DNA of 64,000 nucleotides from Desulfomicrobium sp. (GCA_040768745.1 JAXGMI010000001.1:1472001-1536000), one strand, 5' to 3'; positions 11,501-20,625 are shown, counted from the first letter of the stretch. Notes: generated by a model not told the origin, from the letters alone. A program made the numbers and translations.

Positions 11501-11972
11501 CACCAAAACCATCGTGACCAAGAAGGGTGACCGCATGGCCTTCTGCGCCATCGAGGACCTCAGCGGGTCGGGCGAGGCCATCGTTTTTTCAGAACCCTAC
11601 GCGGCCTGCAAGCACCTGCTTGAAGGCGAGGAGCCTCTCCTGCTCACCGGCACAGTGGGCAAGCAGGATAAAATCGACGACGAGGGCGAAGACGTGTCCA
11701 GGAAGCCCAAGCTCCTGGCGGAATCCTTCAAGCCGCTGGCCGGGGTGGTGGGTTTGGGTTCGGATCCCGTCGTGCTGCGGGTGCGGGCCAATGGCAGGAC
11801 CTTTGACTGGGATGGGCTGGACAGCCTGCTCAGGCAGTATCCGGGGCAGGCTCCGGTGCAGATCGATCTGGTCCGGGAGGAGTATGTGTGCCGGATGCAG
11901 TTCGGGCCGGATTTGCTGGTCGGGCCGTGTCCGGATTTCTGGCGGGATTTCGAGAACTGGAAAGAGGCCTAA
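8517..11972 (+). CDS. dnaE: DNA polymerase III alpha subunit
   Basis: HLHCHSEYSLLDG PHP motif, PGRGSAAGS, PDIDVDF, YGFNKSH; 1151 aa. Confidence 0.98.
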   Translation: MSGFTHLHCHSEYSLLDGAIRLKDLCARAVDFGFSSAAITDHGNLFGALPFYLEAKKHGLKPIIGSEIYVAQDMADRENKQRFHLLLLAQNLQGYHNLVKIVSAGFLDGFYYKPRVDKSFLRRHNAGLICLSACLQGEVPWSLRYETMDKALDKAREYMEIFPDRFYLELQSNGLKEQEVVNDRLMELAKKTGLPLVATNDCHYLDKEDYEAHDILLCVGTGKIASEKQRLRFETNEFYFKAPEEMEEAFAHCPEAIDNAGRIADLCEVELQLKQHFFPVYDVPEGSSLDQEFRRLAEEGLQERIRALPYEVDEQRYRERLEFELQVIIEKGFQAYFLIVQDFINWAKSRGIPVGPGRGSAAGSLVAYALKITDLDPIRYHLFFERFLNVERASLPDIDVDFCYNRRDEVIRYVSEKYGADHVAQIVAFGTMKAKGAVRDVARALDISLKDADRIAKLIPDDLKMTLNRALEEEPELKALIDTDPRFQKLYDVARRLEGLARHSSIHAAGIVISQKPMVEYLPLHKGKNGEVVTQFDMKKVEAVGLIKFDFLGLKTLTVINDALKLIRKNGKPVPILEKLPLDDPQTFELLCRGETDGVFQLESDGMRRVLKGLKPSCFEDIIALLALYRPGPLESGMVEDFIGRKHGLRKVEYEYQELAPVVHPILEDTYGVILYQEQVMKIASDLAKYSLGEGDNLRRAMGKKDPAEMAKQRVRFLDGARENGISQEAAEYIFDLMEKFAGYGFNKSHSAAYAVISYQTAYVKAHYPAEFMAAIITSEVSNSDKVLAHVSACRDMGLEVLPPDINKSFNEFTVEGQSIRYGLSGIKGVGESAVESIVEEREKGGAFTSLLDFCQRVNLRRVNKKVLECLIKSGAMDAFGCSRAALLAGLDKVQSMAQKRAKRKTSGQLSFMAMVEENTCSLTGLGLETEEADLPEFGDAEKCRMEKEAFGFFLVGHPLQPYRQEIRRLGYHSLAQCADLPEKAAVQVPVLVTATKTIVTKKGDRMAFCAIEDLSGSGEAIVFSEPYAACKHLLEGEEPLLLTGTVGKQDKIDDEGEDVSRKPKLLAESFKPLAGVVGLGSDPVVLRVRANGRTFDWDGLDSLLRQYPGQAPVQIDLVREEYVCRMQFGPDLLVGPCPDFWRDFENWKEA

Positions 11973-12123
11973 GAGCCTGTTGAAAAATGATCTTTTCGGG
12001 AGGCTGTCCAAAAATTCTTCTGGCCAGGCGTGAGAAAAGCTCAAGGCCGACGTGAAGATAGACCTACACGAGGGTTTGAAGTCTTCGAAGCAACAGCGCC
12101 AGAATAAGCAACAGCCTTCTAAG
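11970..12123. mobile_element. Degenerate MITE-like intergenic repeat
   Basis: Imperfect terminal IRs (AGAGCCTGTTGAAAAA and AGGCTGTCC ... CAACAGCCT) and an internal IR GAAAAGCTCAAGGCC (12034-48) / GGGTTTGAAGTCTTC (12072-86). Confidence 0.55.
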
Positions 12124-12132
12124 GGGGGTATC

Positions 12133-12525
12133 GTGGGACAGGGACAATGGCGGCTCAGAGTCAGCGGGGATTTCAGCTCTTCCCACCAGCTGCGGCATTA
12201 CGAGGGCAAATGCGAGCACATGCACGGACACAACTTCACGGTCGAGGTGGATGTCATCGGCGACCGCCTTGATCCCAAGCTGGGCATTCTCATGGATTTC
12301 AAGGAATTGAAGCGTCTGCTCAAAATCGTCACCGAGGAACTGGACCACCGGCACCTGAACGATCTGTCCGCCTTTGCCGAACAGAACCCCTCTTCGGAAC
12401 TCCTGGCCGCGTACGTCTTCCGACGCATGGCCGAGCTCCTGGCCGGGCACCCTGTTTGTCTGGCCCAGGTCATGGTTTCGGAAAAGGACAGTTCCCGGGC
12501 CTGGTATTCCGAAGGCCTGGGCTGA
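12133..12525 (+). CDS. queD: 6-carboxy-5,6,7,8-tetrahydropterin synthase
   Basis: H-L..Y.GKC..MHGHNF, LDHRHLND, NPSSE; GTG start after the AAGGGGG RBS. Confidence 0.92.
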   Translation: MGQGQWRLRVSGDFSSSHQLRHYEGKCEHMHGHNFTVEVDVIGDRLDPKLGILMDFKELKRLLKIVTEELDHRHLNDLSAFAEQNPSSELLAAYVFRRMAELLAGHPVCLAQVMVSEKDSSRAWYSEGLG

Positions 12526-12986
12526 TGCGCGCCGTGGTGCAGCGGGTCCGCCGGGCCTCGGTAGCTGTGGACGGGAAGGTGGTCGGCGGAGTGGACGCGG
12601 GCAGTCTCGTGCTGATCGGCTTCGGGGGCAGCGACAGTCCGGAGATGGTTGGCGGGTCGGTGTGGAGGAAATTCATCCAGAAGCTGCTGGGCCTCAGGAT
12701 TTTTCCGGACGAGGGCGGGCCCATCAACGCCAGCTTGGCGGAGCACGGCGGAGGGATTCTGGTGGTCTCCCAGTTCACCCTGTATGCGGATGTGCGCAAG
12801 GGGCGGCGGCCATCCTTTTCCGATGCGGCCAAGCCCCATGCGGCCCAAGTCCTCTACGCGGCCTTCGTGACGGACCTGCGCCGCCAGTGGCCCCATGTGG
12901 CCGAAGGCGTGTTCGGGGCGGACATGGACCTCTCCCTGGTCAACTGGGGCCCCGTGACCATCTGGCTGGACAGCGACGAGCTGTAG
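12525..12986 (+). CDS. dtd: D-aminoacyl-tRNA deacylase
   Basis: MRAVVQRV, SQFTL, KGRRPSF, FGADM, NWGPVT; TGATG overlap with queD. Confidence 0.95.
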   Translation: MRAVVQRVRRASVAVDGKVVGGVDAGSLVLIGFGGSDSPEMVGGSVWRKFIQKLLGLRIFPDEGGPINASLAEHGGGILVVSQFTLYADVRKGRRPSFSDAAKPHAAQVLYAAFVTDLRRQWPHVAEGVFGADMDLSLVNWGPVTIWLDSDEL

Positions 12987-13061
12987 CGTGGCGGTCCAGG
13001 AAAATCCGGGTATGCGTTGCTTGCTCTGAATTAAAATGCACGGCTTCCTGTGCCGGTCAGC

Positions 13062-13087
13062 GTCATCCCCGCCTTCGCGGGCATGAC
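13062..13087. repeat. REP-like palindrome
   Basis: GTCATCCCCGC-CTTC-GCGGGCATGAC. Confidence 0.45.
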
Positions 13088-13131
13088 ACCTCGATGTTGC
13101 CGGCGGCCATGCGTGTTCCACGGGCTCCCGC

Positions 13132-13148
13132 TTGGCAGGCATGTTGCA
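13132..13148 (+). promoter_or_regulatory. sigma54 (-24/-12) promoter of the glycosyltransferase gene
   Basis: TTGGCAGGCATGTTGCA with exact GG-N10-GC spacing, about 40 nt upstream of ATG 13188. Confidence 0.75.
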
Positions 13149-13187
13149 AGAATGTCCGGGAACGTTCATTTCTTGACAGGAAGCGCC

Positions 13188-14927
13188 ATGCGTCCCCCCA
13201 ATACGAACCCATCTTTTCGTCTGCGACCTGCGGACGACCCAAGAGCCAAGGCTGTCCAGACTCGTGACTATACCGCAGAGCCTGTCCGCAGCGAGGACGG
13301 TTCCCTGGACGTACGTATTTTGCATCAGGGCCGCATCCGGCACCTGGGCGGAAGGCGCGGGCCAGAGAACGAGCTGCAGAGGGTGGCGCAGATCACTGAC
13401 CGGGCGCTGCCCGTGCTGCTGGGCTCAGGCCTGGGCAAAGGTCTGGAGCATGTGCTGCAGAGCTGGCCCTGTCCGGTGGCCGTGGTGGATCGGGAATCGG
13501 CCATCACCGAGCTGACCGGGGCGCGCAGAAAATGGGCCCACAACCCCCGGGTGTTCTGGATCGCGGATCCAGATCCTGAATCGGTTCTGGACCAGTTGAC
13601 CCGCTGGCAGTTGCACAACGGGGGGATGCCCTTCGCCCCTGTCCTCGATCCCTTTTACGCCCGTCTTGATCCCCCCTATTATCGCGCCCTGGCCGAGCGC
13701 CTGGCCGTCAGCCGCAAGGCTGATTTCTGGGGGGCGGCCCGTTACCCCAAATTCTCCCACCTTGTGCCGCGCATCCTGCTGCTGACCAGCTCGTATTTTC
13801 TGATGGGCGAGATCGAGGCGGCCTGCAAACGTCTGGGCTTTGCGACTGCGTTTGTGCAGCTGCCGAGCCAGGAGATCGGCTCGCAGGAGTTTGTGGAACG
13901 CATCCTGGCGGAAGTCGTGGACTTCCGGCCGGACTTCGTCATGACCATCAATCACCTCGGCGTGGACAAGGAGGGCGTGCTGACCAACCTGCTGGCCCAG
14001 ATGCAACTGCCCCTGGCCTCCTGGTTTGTGGATAACCCCCATCTGATCCTGTATCTCTACGGGAATCTGGCTTCTGAATGGGTCACCCTCTTCACCTGGG
14101 ACGCGGACAATATCGAGTCCCTCAAGACCCAGGGTTTCACCCGCGTGCACTACCTCCCCCTGGCCACGGATCCGCATCGCTTCCGGTTGCGGAAGGCGGT
14201 CCCTGTCCGGGAGGTGGCCTTTGTGGGCAATTCCATGGTCCACAAAGTGCGGGCCAAACTGCAGCACCATGTCTTTCCCGCAGGGCTGATCGACGATCTG
14301 GATCTTCTGGGCCAGGCCTTCAAGGAGAGCGGAATCCTGTCCGTGGCGGCATTCCTGGATGCCGAGTTCCCGGACCATGCCACACTCTTTGGCACCATGC
14401 CGGATACCGAGTCCCGCCTGGCCTATGAAACCCTCCTCACCTGGAAGTCCACGCTGGACCACCGTCTGGAACACGTGATCGAATTGCTGCCGTTCCATCC
14501 AAATATCGTGGGGGACAAAGGGTGGTTCGATATCCTCCCTTCTTTTGGGTGGAGCCACCACCCGGAACTCAATTACTATTCCGACCTCCCGTTCTTCTAC
14601 CCCGCCACGCGGATCAATTTCAACTGCACCAGCCAGCAGATGAAGGGCGCGGTCAACCAGCGGGTCTTCGACGTGCCGGTCTGCGGGGGCTTCCTGCTCA
14701 CGGACCACCGCAGGCAGATGGAGGATCTGTTCGAGCCCGGGCGGGAGATGATCTGCTATGCCGACAGAAGCGAGATAGCAGGACTTGTCCGACATTATCT
14801 GGCCCGTGATGCTGCCAGACAGAAAATCGTCACGGCCGGCCGGGCAAGGATCCTGGCTCACCATACCTATGATCAGCGTCTGACTTCCCTGGTCCGGACC
14901 ATGCGCGAGACCTACGGAAGGCCGTGA
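13188..14927 (+). CDS. CgeB-family (DUF3880 + Glyco_trans_1_2) glycosyltransferase with an N-terminal Maf-like/Rossmann extension
   Basis: SWFVDNP, HYLPLA, VAFVGN, INFN, NQRVFDVPVCGGFLLTD, RILAHHTY; N-terminal VLLGSGLG..VAVVDRE. Confidence 0.8.
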   Translation: MRPPNTNPSFRLRPADDPRAKAVQTRDYTAEPVRSEDGSLDVRILHQGRIRHLGGRRGPENELQRVAQITDRALPVLLGSGLGKGLEHVLQSWPCPVAVVDRESAITELTGARRKWAHNPRVFWIADPDPESVLDQLTRWQLHNGGMPFAPVLDPFYARLDPPYYRALAERLAVSRKADFWGAARYPKFSHLVPRILLLTSSYFLMGEIEAACKRLGFATAFVQLPSQEIGSQEFVERILAEVVDFRPDFVMTINHLGVDKEGVLTNLLAQMQLPLASWFVDNPHLILYLYGNLASEWVTLFTWDADNIESLKTQGFTRVHYLPLATDPHRFRLRKAVPVREVAFVGNSMVHKVRAKLQHHVFPAGLIDDLDLLGQAFKESGILSVAAFLDAEFPDHATLFGTMPDTESRLAYETLLTWKSTLDHRLEHVIELLPFHPNIVGDKGWFDILPSFGWSHHPELNYYSDLPFFYPATRINFNCTSQQMKGAVNQRVFDVPVCGGFLLTDHRRQMEDLFEPGREMICYADRSEIAGLVRHYLARDAARQKIVTAGRARILAHHTYDQRLTSLVRTMRETYGRP

Positions 14928-15013
14928 AGCCCGTTCCGGCCATCTCCATGCTGGTCATCCCGATGCGGCGCCCGGGGACCTCATCCTGAAATTCCCTCCC
15001 ATCTGATCATTTT

Positions 15014-15029
15014 TGGAACGGCTTTTGAT
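15014..15029 (+). promoter_or_regulatory. Variant sigma54 promoter upstream of fliK-flgD-flgE
   Basis: TGGAACGGCTTTTGAT; -12 element reads TTGA instead of TTGC, with correct spacing. Confidence 0.5.
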
Positions 15030-15055
15030 CTGCCTCTTTGACCAGGAGGCAGAGC

Positions 15056-17572
15056 ATGCAATTTTTTCCCCCAGTGAAGGCCACGTCGCAGCAGAGAACC
15101 ACGGAAACCAAGGCGGCCACGTCTGGAGACATGAAGCGGCAGCAGGGATTTTCGGCACTGTTGTCCACGGAGTTGGCCACCGAGGGCAGAAATTTTTCCC
15201 TGTCCAAGAATATCCGTTCAGGAAAGACCCTTGGCATGTCCGAAAATGGGTCGTCTGTCTCATCTGATACGGAACGTGCCGAACGGCAATCCGCGCATGC
15301 CGACAGCAAGCACGATCCCACACGGATCCGGTCCAAGTCAGCCCATCGGGTGGTCGCGTTCGATGCAGAGAACATTGGAACTCCGACGGATATGCCGCTG
15401 CTGACCGAGTGCGGGGTGCATGTTTCTTCCAGAATGCCCGACGTTTCTGCCGGGTCGGAAGATGGGACGAAATCTGGGGCCAGCGGGCCAGAGGCACAGA
15501 GCCCGGGTCAAAATGAGCCAGATGCAATGCGCACCAAGCCGGGGCAGAAGGGTGACGTCATCCTCTGCTCCCTCTCTACCCTGAGGCAGGGCAAAGAGAG
15601 GGAATCGTCGCCGAGAAACGAGAGGACACTCCCGATTGTTCAGCCTGTGGGAGTGGGCTTTGACGATACAGCCAGCGCGGAAAAGAAAGAGCCCCCGAGG
15701 ATTCTGGGTGCAGGACTGGAGCAATGGAAGAGGGAGCTTCGTGTCTTTGTCCAGCAGGAAGTGCGGCCAGATTCAGTGCAGCGGCCTGCAGAGATGGGGG
15801 GCGGTTCAGTTTTGGGTGCGGAGTACTCCCACTTGACTCGTCAACGGGAAAACGGTGGCCAGATTGCCGAGTTCAGCAAGGGAAGCGACAGGTTCGATTT
15901 CCGGGCCGAAACGCAGTCCGGCGTCATGACAACTCTGCACACTGCCCGGCCTGCTGCAGAAGCCGGAAGGCAGAGGGGATCTGACCTGTTCAAGGTGCCA
16001 GGGGCGTCCGTGGCAGTGCCGGAGGAGCCGGTAGCAGGCAGAAAAACAGGCGGAACGTCCGTCCTCAACAAGCCCGAAGCGCAGCCAGGAGTCCAGCACT
16101 CAGCTGGAGAGGGATCGGTTTCGGCAGGATCCGCCATAATGTCTGGGGCACAGGCAGCAGGCAGGCAAGACAGCGGGGAGTCTCTTCTCAACAAGTCCGG
16201 AGCGAAGTCCGGAGTCCAGACCGCCCCTGGCCAGGGATCGGTGTCTGCAGGACCGGCGATAGCGTTAGGAGCTCAGCAGTCAAGGATGCAAGCCGGGGAG
16301 AAGTCCAGGGAACACTCGGTGGACATGCGGACCGAGTTGCGGTCTGTGCCCGTGGAGTCAGGGGTGCGTGCAAGCTCCCCAGCAGTGGTGGAGCGACCCG
16401 AATCTGGCGGGGAACCCAGCGGAAATTCAGGGCCTGACAAGCCGGACATGCGGTCCGAATCCCCGATAATGCCTGGCCCAACGGAACATCGGTTCATGTC
16501 AACAACAAAAAAAGCTTCAGACGATCGCACCGTGTTTGGCAGAAGGATTCGGTCTGTAGCGGATTTCGCAGGCAGCAGGCAACCTGTAGCCATCTTTGAA
16601 AAGGGTGCATGGGTTGCATCTCCCATGGGCCTGTCTGATGACTCGTCATCGGGCCTGGACCAGCCGCCGGCCAGTGCGCCTGCACATTCTCTGGATCGGC
16701 ATTCTCCCCAAACCGAAAAGACGACGTCGGCAGAAGCGGTGGGCCTGATGAAGGACCAGCAAAAGGGTATACATGTTCCCCTGCAACAGCAACGTATGGA
16801 AGCAAAGGGAGAAGTGGAGCGGAAAGATGCTCCCAGGTACGGGAATGCCCCCAAAGAAGAGGTACAGTTGTCGGAGGGACAGGGGGCGCAATCTGACGTG
16901 CGGCGTGAATCCACGGTCGGGGGGCGGCAAAATCGTTCTTCCCGGGTGGTTGAGGAAGAAATTTTTGCCGCCCCCATGCAGGATGCTGCGCCTCGGGTAC
17001 GAGGAACAGATGGAGCCGGCAGCAGTCTGTTCGGCGACGAGAATTTCGGGCCATTGTTCCAAGACCGCGGAGGCAGCCCGCTGCAGCAGCATGTGCAGAC
17101 AGGCAGGCGGGATCGCAGCGCCGAAGTGTACAGACAGGTGGAAAACGGAATTTTCACGAATCTGGGTCAGGGCGGCAAGCAGCTGGTCATCCGCCTTGAT
17201 CCGCCGGATCTTGGCCAGATCCGTGTCATCCTGCAGGTGCGGGGCAACGAGGTGCAGGCCGTCCTGCGCACGCCGGACGAGAACACTTCCCATGCCTTGC
17301 ACGAGCAGCTGAGCCAATTGCGGACCCAGCTCGAGTCCCAGGGACTCAAAGTGACCCGGCTGGAAGTCCAGACCGATGCGGCGGATTCCGATACCCAGTC
17401 CCAGTGGCAAGGCGCAGGAGAGCACAACCGCTTTCAGGAGAATCGTGAGTCAGCCATGACCGCCGGGCGTTTGCGGGTTTTAGGGCGAGCGAGTGCAGGA
17501 GTGGTCCAGGATGTGCAGTCTCCTCTGCATAAGGAAAAATCTTCCCCCACCGGGGTGGATATTTTTGCCTGA
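15056..17572 (+). CDS. fliK: Flagellar hook-length control protein
   Basis: Long low-complexity body; C-terminal LVIRLDPPDLGQIRV...LRTQLESQGL; lies directly upstream of flgD. Confidence 0.88.
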   Translation: MQFFPPVKATSQQRTTETKAATSGDMKRQQGFSALLSTELATEGRNFSLSKNIRSGKTLGMSENGSSVSSDTERAERQSAHADSKHDPTRIRSKSAHRVVAFDAENIGTPTDMPLLTECGVHVSSRMPDVSAGSEDGTKSGASGPEAQSPGQNEPDAMRTKPGQKGDVILCSLSTLRQGKERESSPRNERTLPIVQPVGVGFDDTASAEKKEPPRILGAGLEQWKRELRVFVQQEVRPDSVQRPAEMGGGSVLGAEYSHLTRQRENGGQIAEFSKGSDRFDFRAETQSGVMTTLHTARPAAEAGRQRGSDLFKVPGASVAVPEEPVAGRKTGGTSVLNKPEAQPGVQHSAGEGSVSAGSAIMSGAQAAGRQDSGESLLNKSGAKSGVQTAPGQGSVSAGPAIALGAQQSRMQAGEKSREHSVDMRTELRSVPVESGVRASSPAVVERPESGGEPSGNSGPDKPDMRSESPIMPGPTEHRFMSTTKKASDDRTVFGRRIRSVADFAGSRQPVAIFEKGAWVASPMGLSDDSSSGLDQPPASAPAHSLDRHSPQTEKTTSAEAVGLMKDQQKGIHVPLQQQRMEAKGEVERKDAPRYGNAPKEEVQLSEGQGAQSDVRRESTVGGRQNRSSRVVEEEIFAAPMQDAAPRVRGTDGAGSSLFGDENFGPLFQDRGGSPLQQHVQTGRRDRSAEVYRQVENGIFTNLGQGGKQLVIRLDPPDLGQIRVILQVRGNEVQAVLRTPDENTSHALHEQLSQLRTQLESQGLKVTRLEVQTDAADSDTQSQWQGAGEHNRFQENRESAMTAGRLRVLGRASAGVVQDVQSPLHKEKSSPTGVDIFA

Positions 17573-17584
17573 CAGGAGAATGCC

Positions 17585-18295
17585 ATGTCCGTTGAAACGA
17601 TTCTTGCAGGATTGAATTCCGCGCCGAGCAACAGCACCAGCCCTGCCCCTGCTGCGAGCAGCGCATTGGACAAGGACGACTTCCTCAAGCTGCTGGTCAC
17701 CCAACTTCAGCATCAGGATCCCCTCAACCCCCTCGATGACAAGGAGTTCATCGCCCAGCTGGCCCAGTTTTCGAGCCTGGAGCAGATGAACAACATTGCC
17801 GCGGCCATAGGTACCCTGAACGAGACCGTGTCCAGGCAGGATTCACTCAGTGCGGCCAGCTACATCGGGAAAAGTGTCGTCGCTGAGGGGAATACGATCA
17901 CCAAGATGGATGCCGGCATGACTCCCATTTATTTCACCCTGAACAATGCCGCATCAACTGTGTCAATCAACGTGTACGATCAGCATGGAAATATCGTCAA
18001 AACGGAGAGACTGAATGCCATGCAGGCGGGTGAGTACACATTTACGTGGGATGGGACCGATTACAACGGCAAGCAGGCCGCCAACGGTCAGTATTCCGTG
18101 TACTTCTCAGCCGAAGGTGCAAAAGGGAGCGCTGTCCTCGTCGATACCGAGGTCACGGGCACGATCACCGGCATATCCAAGACAAGCGAGGGAACATATT
18201 TCAAGTTGAGTGACGGACGCACAATCGGATTCGAGGACATAACCATGATTGCCGAAGCAGCAAAAGGGTCTTCGGAAACGGCCCAGAACGAGTAG
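17585..18295 (+). CDS. flgD: Flagellar hook capping protein
   Basis: LDKDDFLKLLVTQLQHQDPLNP, QLAQFSSLEQM, FTWDG. Confidence 0.96.
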   Translation: MSVETILAGLNSAPSNSTSPAPAASSALDKDDFLKLLVTQLQHQDPLNPLDDKEFIAQLAQFSSLEQMNNIAAAIGTLNETVSRQDSLSAASYIGKSVVAEGNTITKMDAGMTPIYFTLNNAASTVSINVYDQHGNIVKTERLNAMQAGEYTFTWDGTDYNGKQAANGQYSVYFSAEGAKGSAVLVDTEVTGTITGISKTSEGTYFKLSDGRTIGFEDITMIAEAAKGSSETAQNE

Positions 18296-18333
18296 AAAAT
18301 TTCCATCCAGCACGGTCGAATGAGGAGGTAGAT

Positions 18334-20007
18334 ATGGGTTTGTCAGCATCGATGTATTCAGGAACCAGCGGACTGAAGGTCCATGGCGAGGAAATGACCG
18401 TCATCGGAAACAACATTTCCAACGTGTCCACCATCGGCTACAAGGGATCGCGCATGTATTTCGAGGATGCCTTGAGCCAGGAACTCACAACTGCCGGCGG
18501 TATCGGCCAAGTGGGACGCGGAGTCTCCATCGGCACGGTCCGCGGCGATTTTTCCCAAGGATCCCTGGAGTCCACGACCTCGGCGACGGATTTGGCAATT
18601 GGGGGCAACGGTTTTTTTGTGGTCTCTCCAGCCAGTCAGGAAGTGAATTATTATACCCGGGCCGGGAACTTCACGTTTGACGAGGACGGCTATCTGGTGG
18701 ACCCGCACGGGTACCGTGTGCAGGGCTGGGCCGTGCAGCAGGAGGAAACGAGTGCCGCGGCAACGGGAGTCTCGACATCCGCTTCGACCAGCGGGGTGAA
18801 AATTACCGGTGTTCCGCAAGACATCAAGCTGGACAATTTTCAGTCCCCGCCTCAGGCGACGAGCCATGTGGATATGATCGTCAATCTGGATTCCCAGTCA
18901 GAAGACAAGTCTTCAGGCGAGGATGATGACGCCCCGTTCACGGCCATGTTCGACATCTACGACGCCACCTCCTATCCAGCTCTCGGCGACGCCACCTATG
19001 CCTACCAGTCCACCATCACGGCCTATGATGAAAACGGCACGTCCCACACTCTGACCATCTTCATGGATCCCGTTGGCGCCGAGGATGTCCTGCAGAACGC
19101 CGGCGGGAAGCGGTACTGGGAGTTCATGGTCACCGTCCCGGCAAGCGAGGACAACCGTGATTTCTGGGGCTCCGACGGGACCAAACGCGGGGTCCTGATG
19201 GCGGGCACCCTCACATTCAATGCTGCCGGTGAGCTGGAAAACATGTCCTCGTTCACTCTCAACCCGGATACTGCGGCAGCAGGATATGACCCTGCGACAT
19301 TCAACGCATCCGATCCGGCCAACTGGGTGCCATCGAATTTCTCCCAGAACGGATACCCGATCTGCACAGCCAATTTTCTGGGCGCAACGAATGCGAACAC
19401 GACCTCGGACATGGACGCCAACAATATCGAGATCAATTTCGGTCTGAGGAACAAGACCACGAGTTGGAGCCCGGCAGATATTGTCAGTCTCGCGGACTTG
19501 CAGGGTCTTGCCGGTGCCGACATCGCGGCAGACCCGACGCTGCTGTCCGGAATCAACGGGATGGCCTCCACGGAGATCAGCGCCCTGGCGACGACCAACT
19601 ACAGCACAGGCTCGACGACTATTTTCCAGTCCCAGGACGGATACACGGCCGGTTTTTTGCAGAACATCTCTGTGGACCGGGACGGTGTCATCACCGGCAA
19701 GTATTCCAATGGGCAGGTCCTGCAGCTCTTCGCGGTAACTCTGGCCACCTTCAACAACAACTATGCGTTGTACCGGGAAGGGGGGAACCTGTTCTCCGAA
19801 ACGCGCTCTTCCGGGCCGCCCATCACGGGTCTGGCCAATACCGGCGGCAAGGGAAGCATCGCCTCCAACTCGCTGGAACAATCCAACGTGGATCTGGCCA
19901 CGGAGTTCGTCAAGATGATCACCACGGAAAAGGGATTCCAGGCCAACTCCAAGACCATCACCACTGTGGACAATATGCTGACCACCCTCATTCAGCTCAA
20001 GCGTTGA
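18334..20007 (+). CDS. flgE: Flagellar hook protein
   Basis: GNNISNVSTIGYK, DLAIGGNGFF, YTRAGNF, LEQSNVDLATEF; 557 aa. Confidence 0.96.
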   Translation: MGLSASMYSGTSGLKVHGEEMTVIGNNISNVSTIGYKGSRMYFEDALSQELTTAGGIGQVGRGVSIGTVRGDFSQGSLESTTSATDLAIGGNGFFVVSPASQEVNYYTRAGNFTFDEDGYLVDPHGYRVQGWAVQQEETSAAATGVSTSASTSGVKITGVPQDIKLDNFQSPPQATSHVDMIVNLDSQSEDKSSGEDDDAPFTAMFDIYDATSYPALGDATYAYQSTITAYDENGTSHTLTIFMDPVGAEDVLQNAGGKRYWEFMVTVPASEDNRDFWGSDGTKRGVLMAGTLTFNAAGELENMSSFTLNPDTAAAGYDPATFNASDPANWVPSNFSQNGYPICTANFLGATNANTTSDMDANNIEINFGLRNKTTSWSPADIVSLADLQGLAGADIAADPTLLSGINGMASTEISALATTNYSTGSTTIFQSQDGYTAGFLQNISVDRDGVITGKYSNGQVLQLFAVTLATFNNNYALYREGGNLFSETRSSGPPITGLANTGGKGSIASNSLEQSNVDLATEFVKMITTEKGFQANSKTITTVDNMLTTLIQLKR

Positions 20008-20030
20008 TCAGGCCCTCTCCCCAGAATGAC

Positions 20031-20067
20031 AACGCCCGTACCGCAATGTCTGCGGTACGGGCGTTTT
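20031..20067. terminator. Intrinsic terminator between convergent flgE and flaG
   Basis: AACGCCCGTACCGCA-ATGTC-TGCGGTACGGGCGTTTT. Confidence 0.8.
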
Positions 20068-20087
20068 GGCCGCTGTAAAGGAAGGTT

Positions 20088-20474
20088 TCACAGCGTCCGG
20101 TCGAAGAGGACCCCCATCATGTGTTCGATGGCTGCTGCGAGGTCAAGCATCTCATCGGCCGGAATCTTGCGGATCAGCCTGTCCGTTTCCGGGTCCCGAA
20201 CCTCCACCTGCACCACGTCCATGCGTTCATCAATGCTGAATTTCAGGTTCACGCCAGTGGTGGCCAGATAGGCATCGATCGCTTCAGCCACATTCTGGAC
20301 TTTGTTCACCAATGCATGGTCGGCTTTTCCGGCGCTATGGCCGAGCCCTTGGGCCAGGAGAGGGTCCGGGCTCGGATGTACGGCATTGTGGAGCGCGTCG
20401 AGCTGACTGAAATCCTGGCCGGGCTGGTGGACCTGCAGATTGTGGGGCCGAAAGGCAAGAGAGACAATAGTCAT
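20088..20474 (-). CDS. flaG: Flagellar protein FlaG
   Basis: LKFSIDE..VQVEVRDPETDRLIRKIPADEML; RBS GAGGAGG. Confidence 0.88.
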   Translation of the reverse strand: MTIVSLAFRPHNLQVHQPGQDFSQLDALHNAVHPSPDPLLAQGLGHSAGKADHALVNKVQNVAEAIDAYLATTGVNLKFSIDERMDVVQVEVRDPETDRLIRKIPADEMLDLAAAIEHMMGVLFDRTL

Positions 20475-20511
20475 GGCCGGGGCCTCCTCTTTGGGAAATG
20501 TCACATACTTT

Positions 20512-20538
20512 TCATCGGCTTCTCCTGAAAAAACTTTA
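20512..20538 (-). promoter_or_regulatory. sigma28 (FliA) promoter of flaG
   Basis: Minus strand reads TAAA-N15-GCCGATGA. Confidence 0.8.
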
Positions 20539-20625
20539 GACCATGGGGAAAATTTGACCTGCAGGAGTTGTTGCTGTGCAAAGTATTTATTCATAACCAA
20601 CTATTATTACGATGATAAAAATATA

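Noticed and set aside
8517..11972. Intein in DnaE
   Set aside because: The length (1151 aa) is normal and no splice-junction or homing-endonuclease motifs are seen.
13062..13087. REP/RAYT system
   Set aside because: Only one clear palindrome is in the window and no associated transposase is present.
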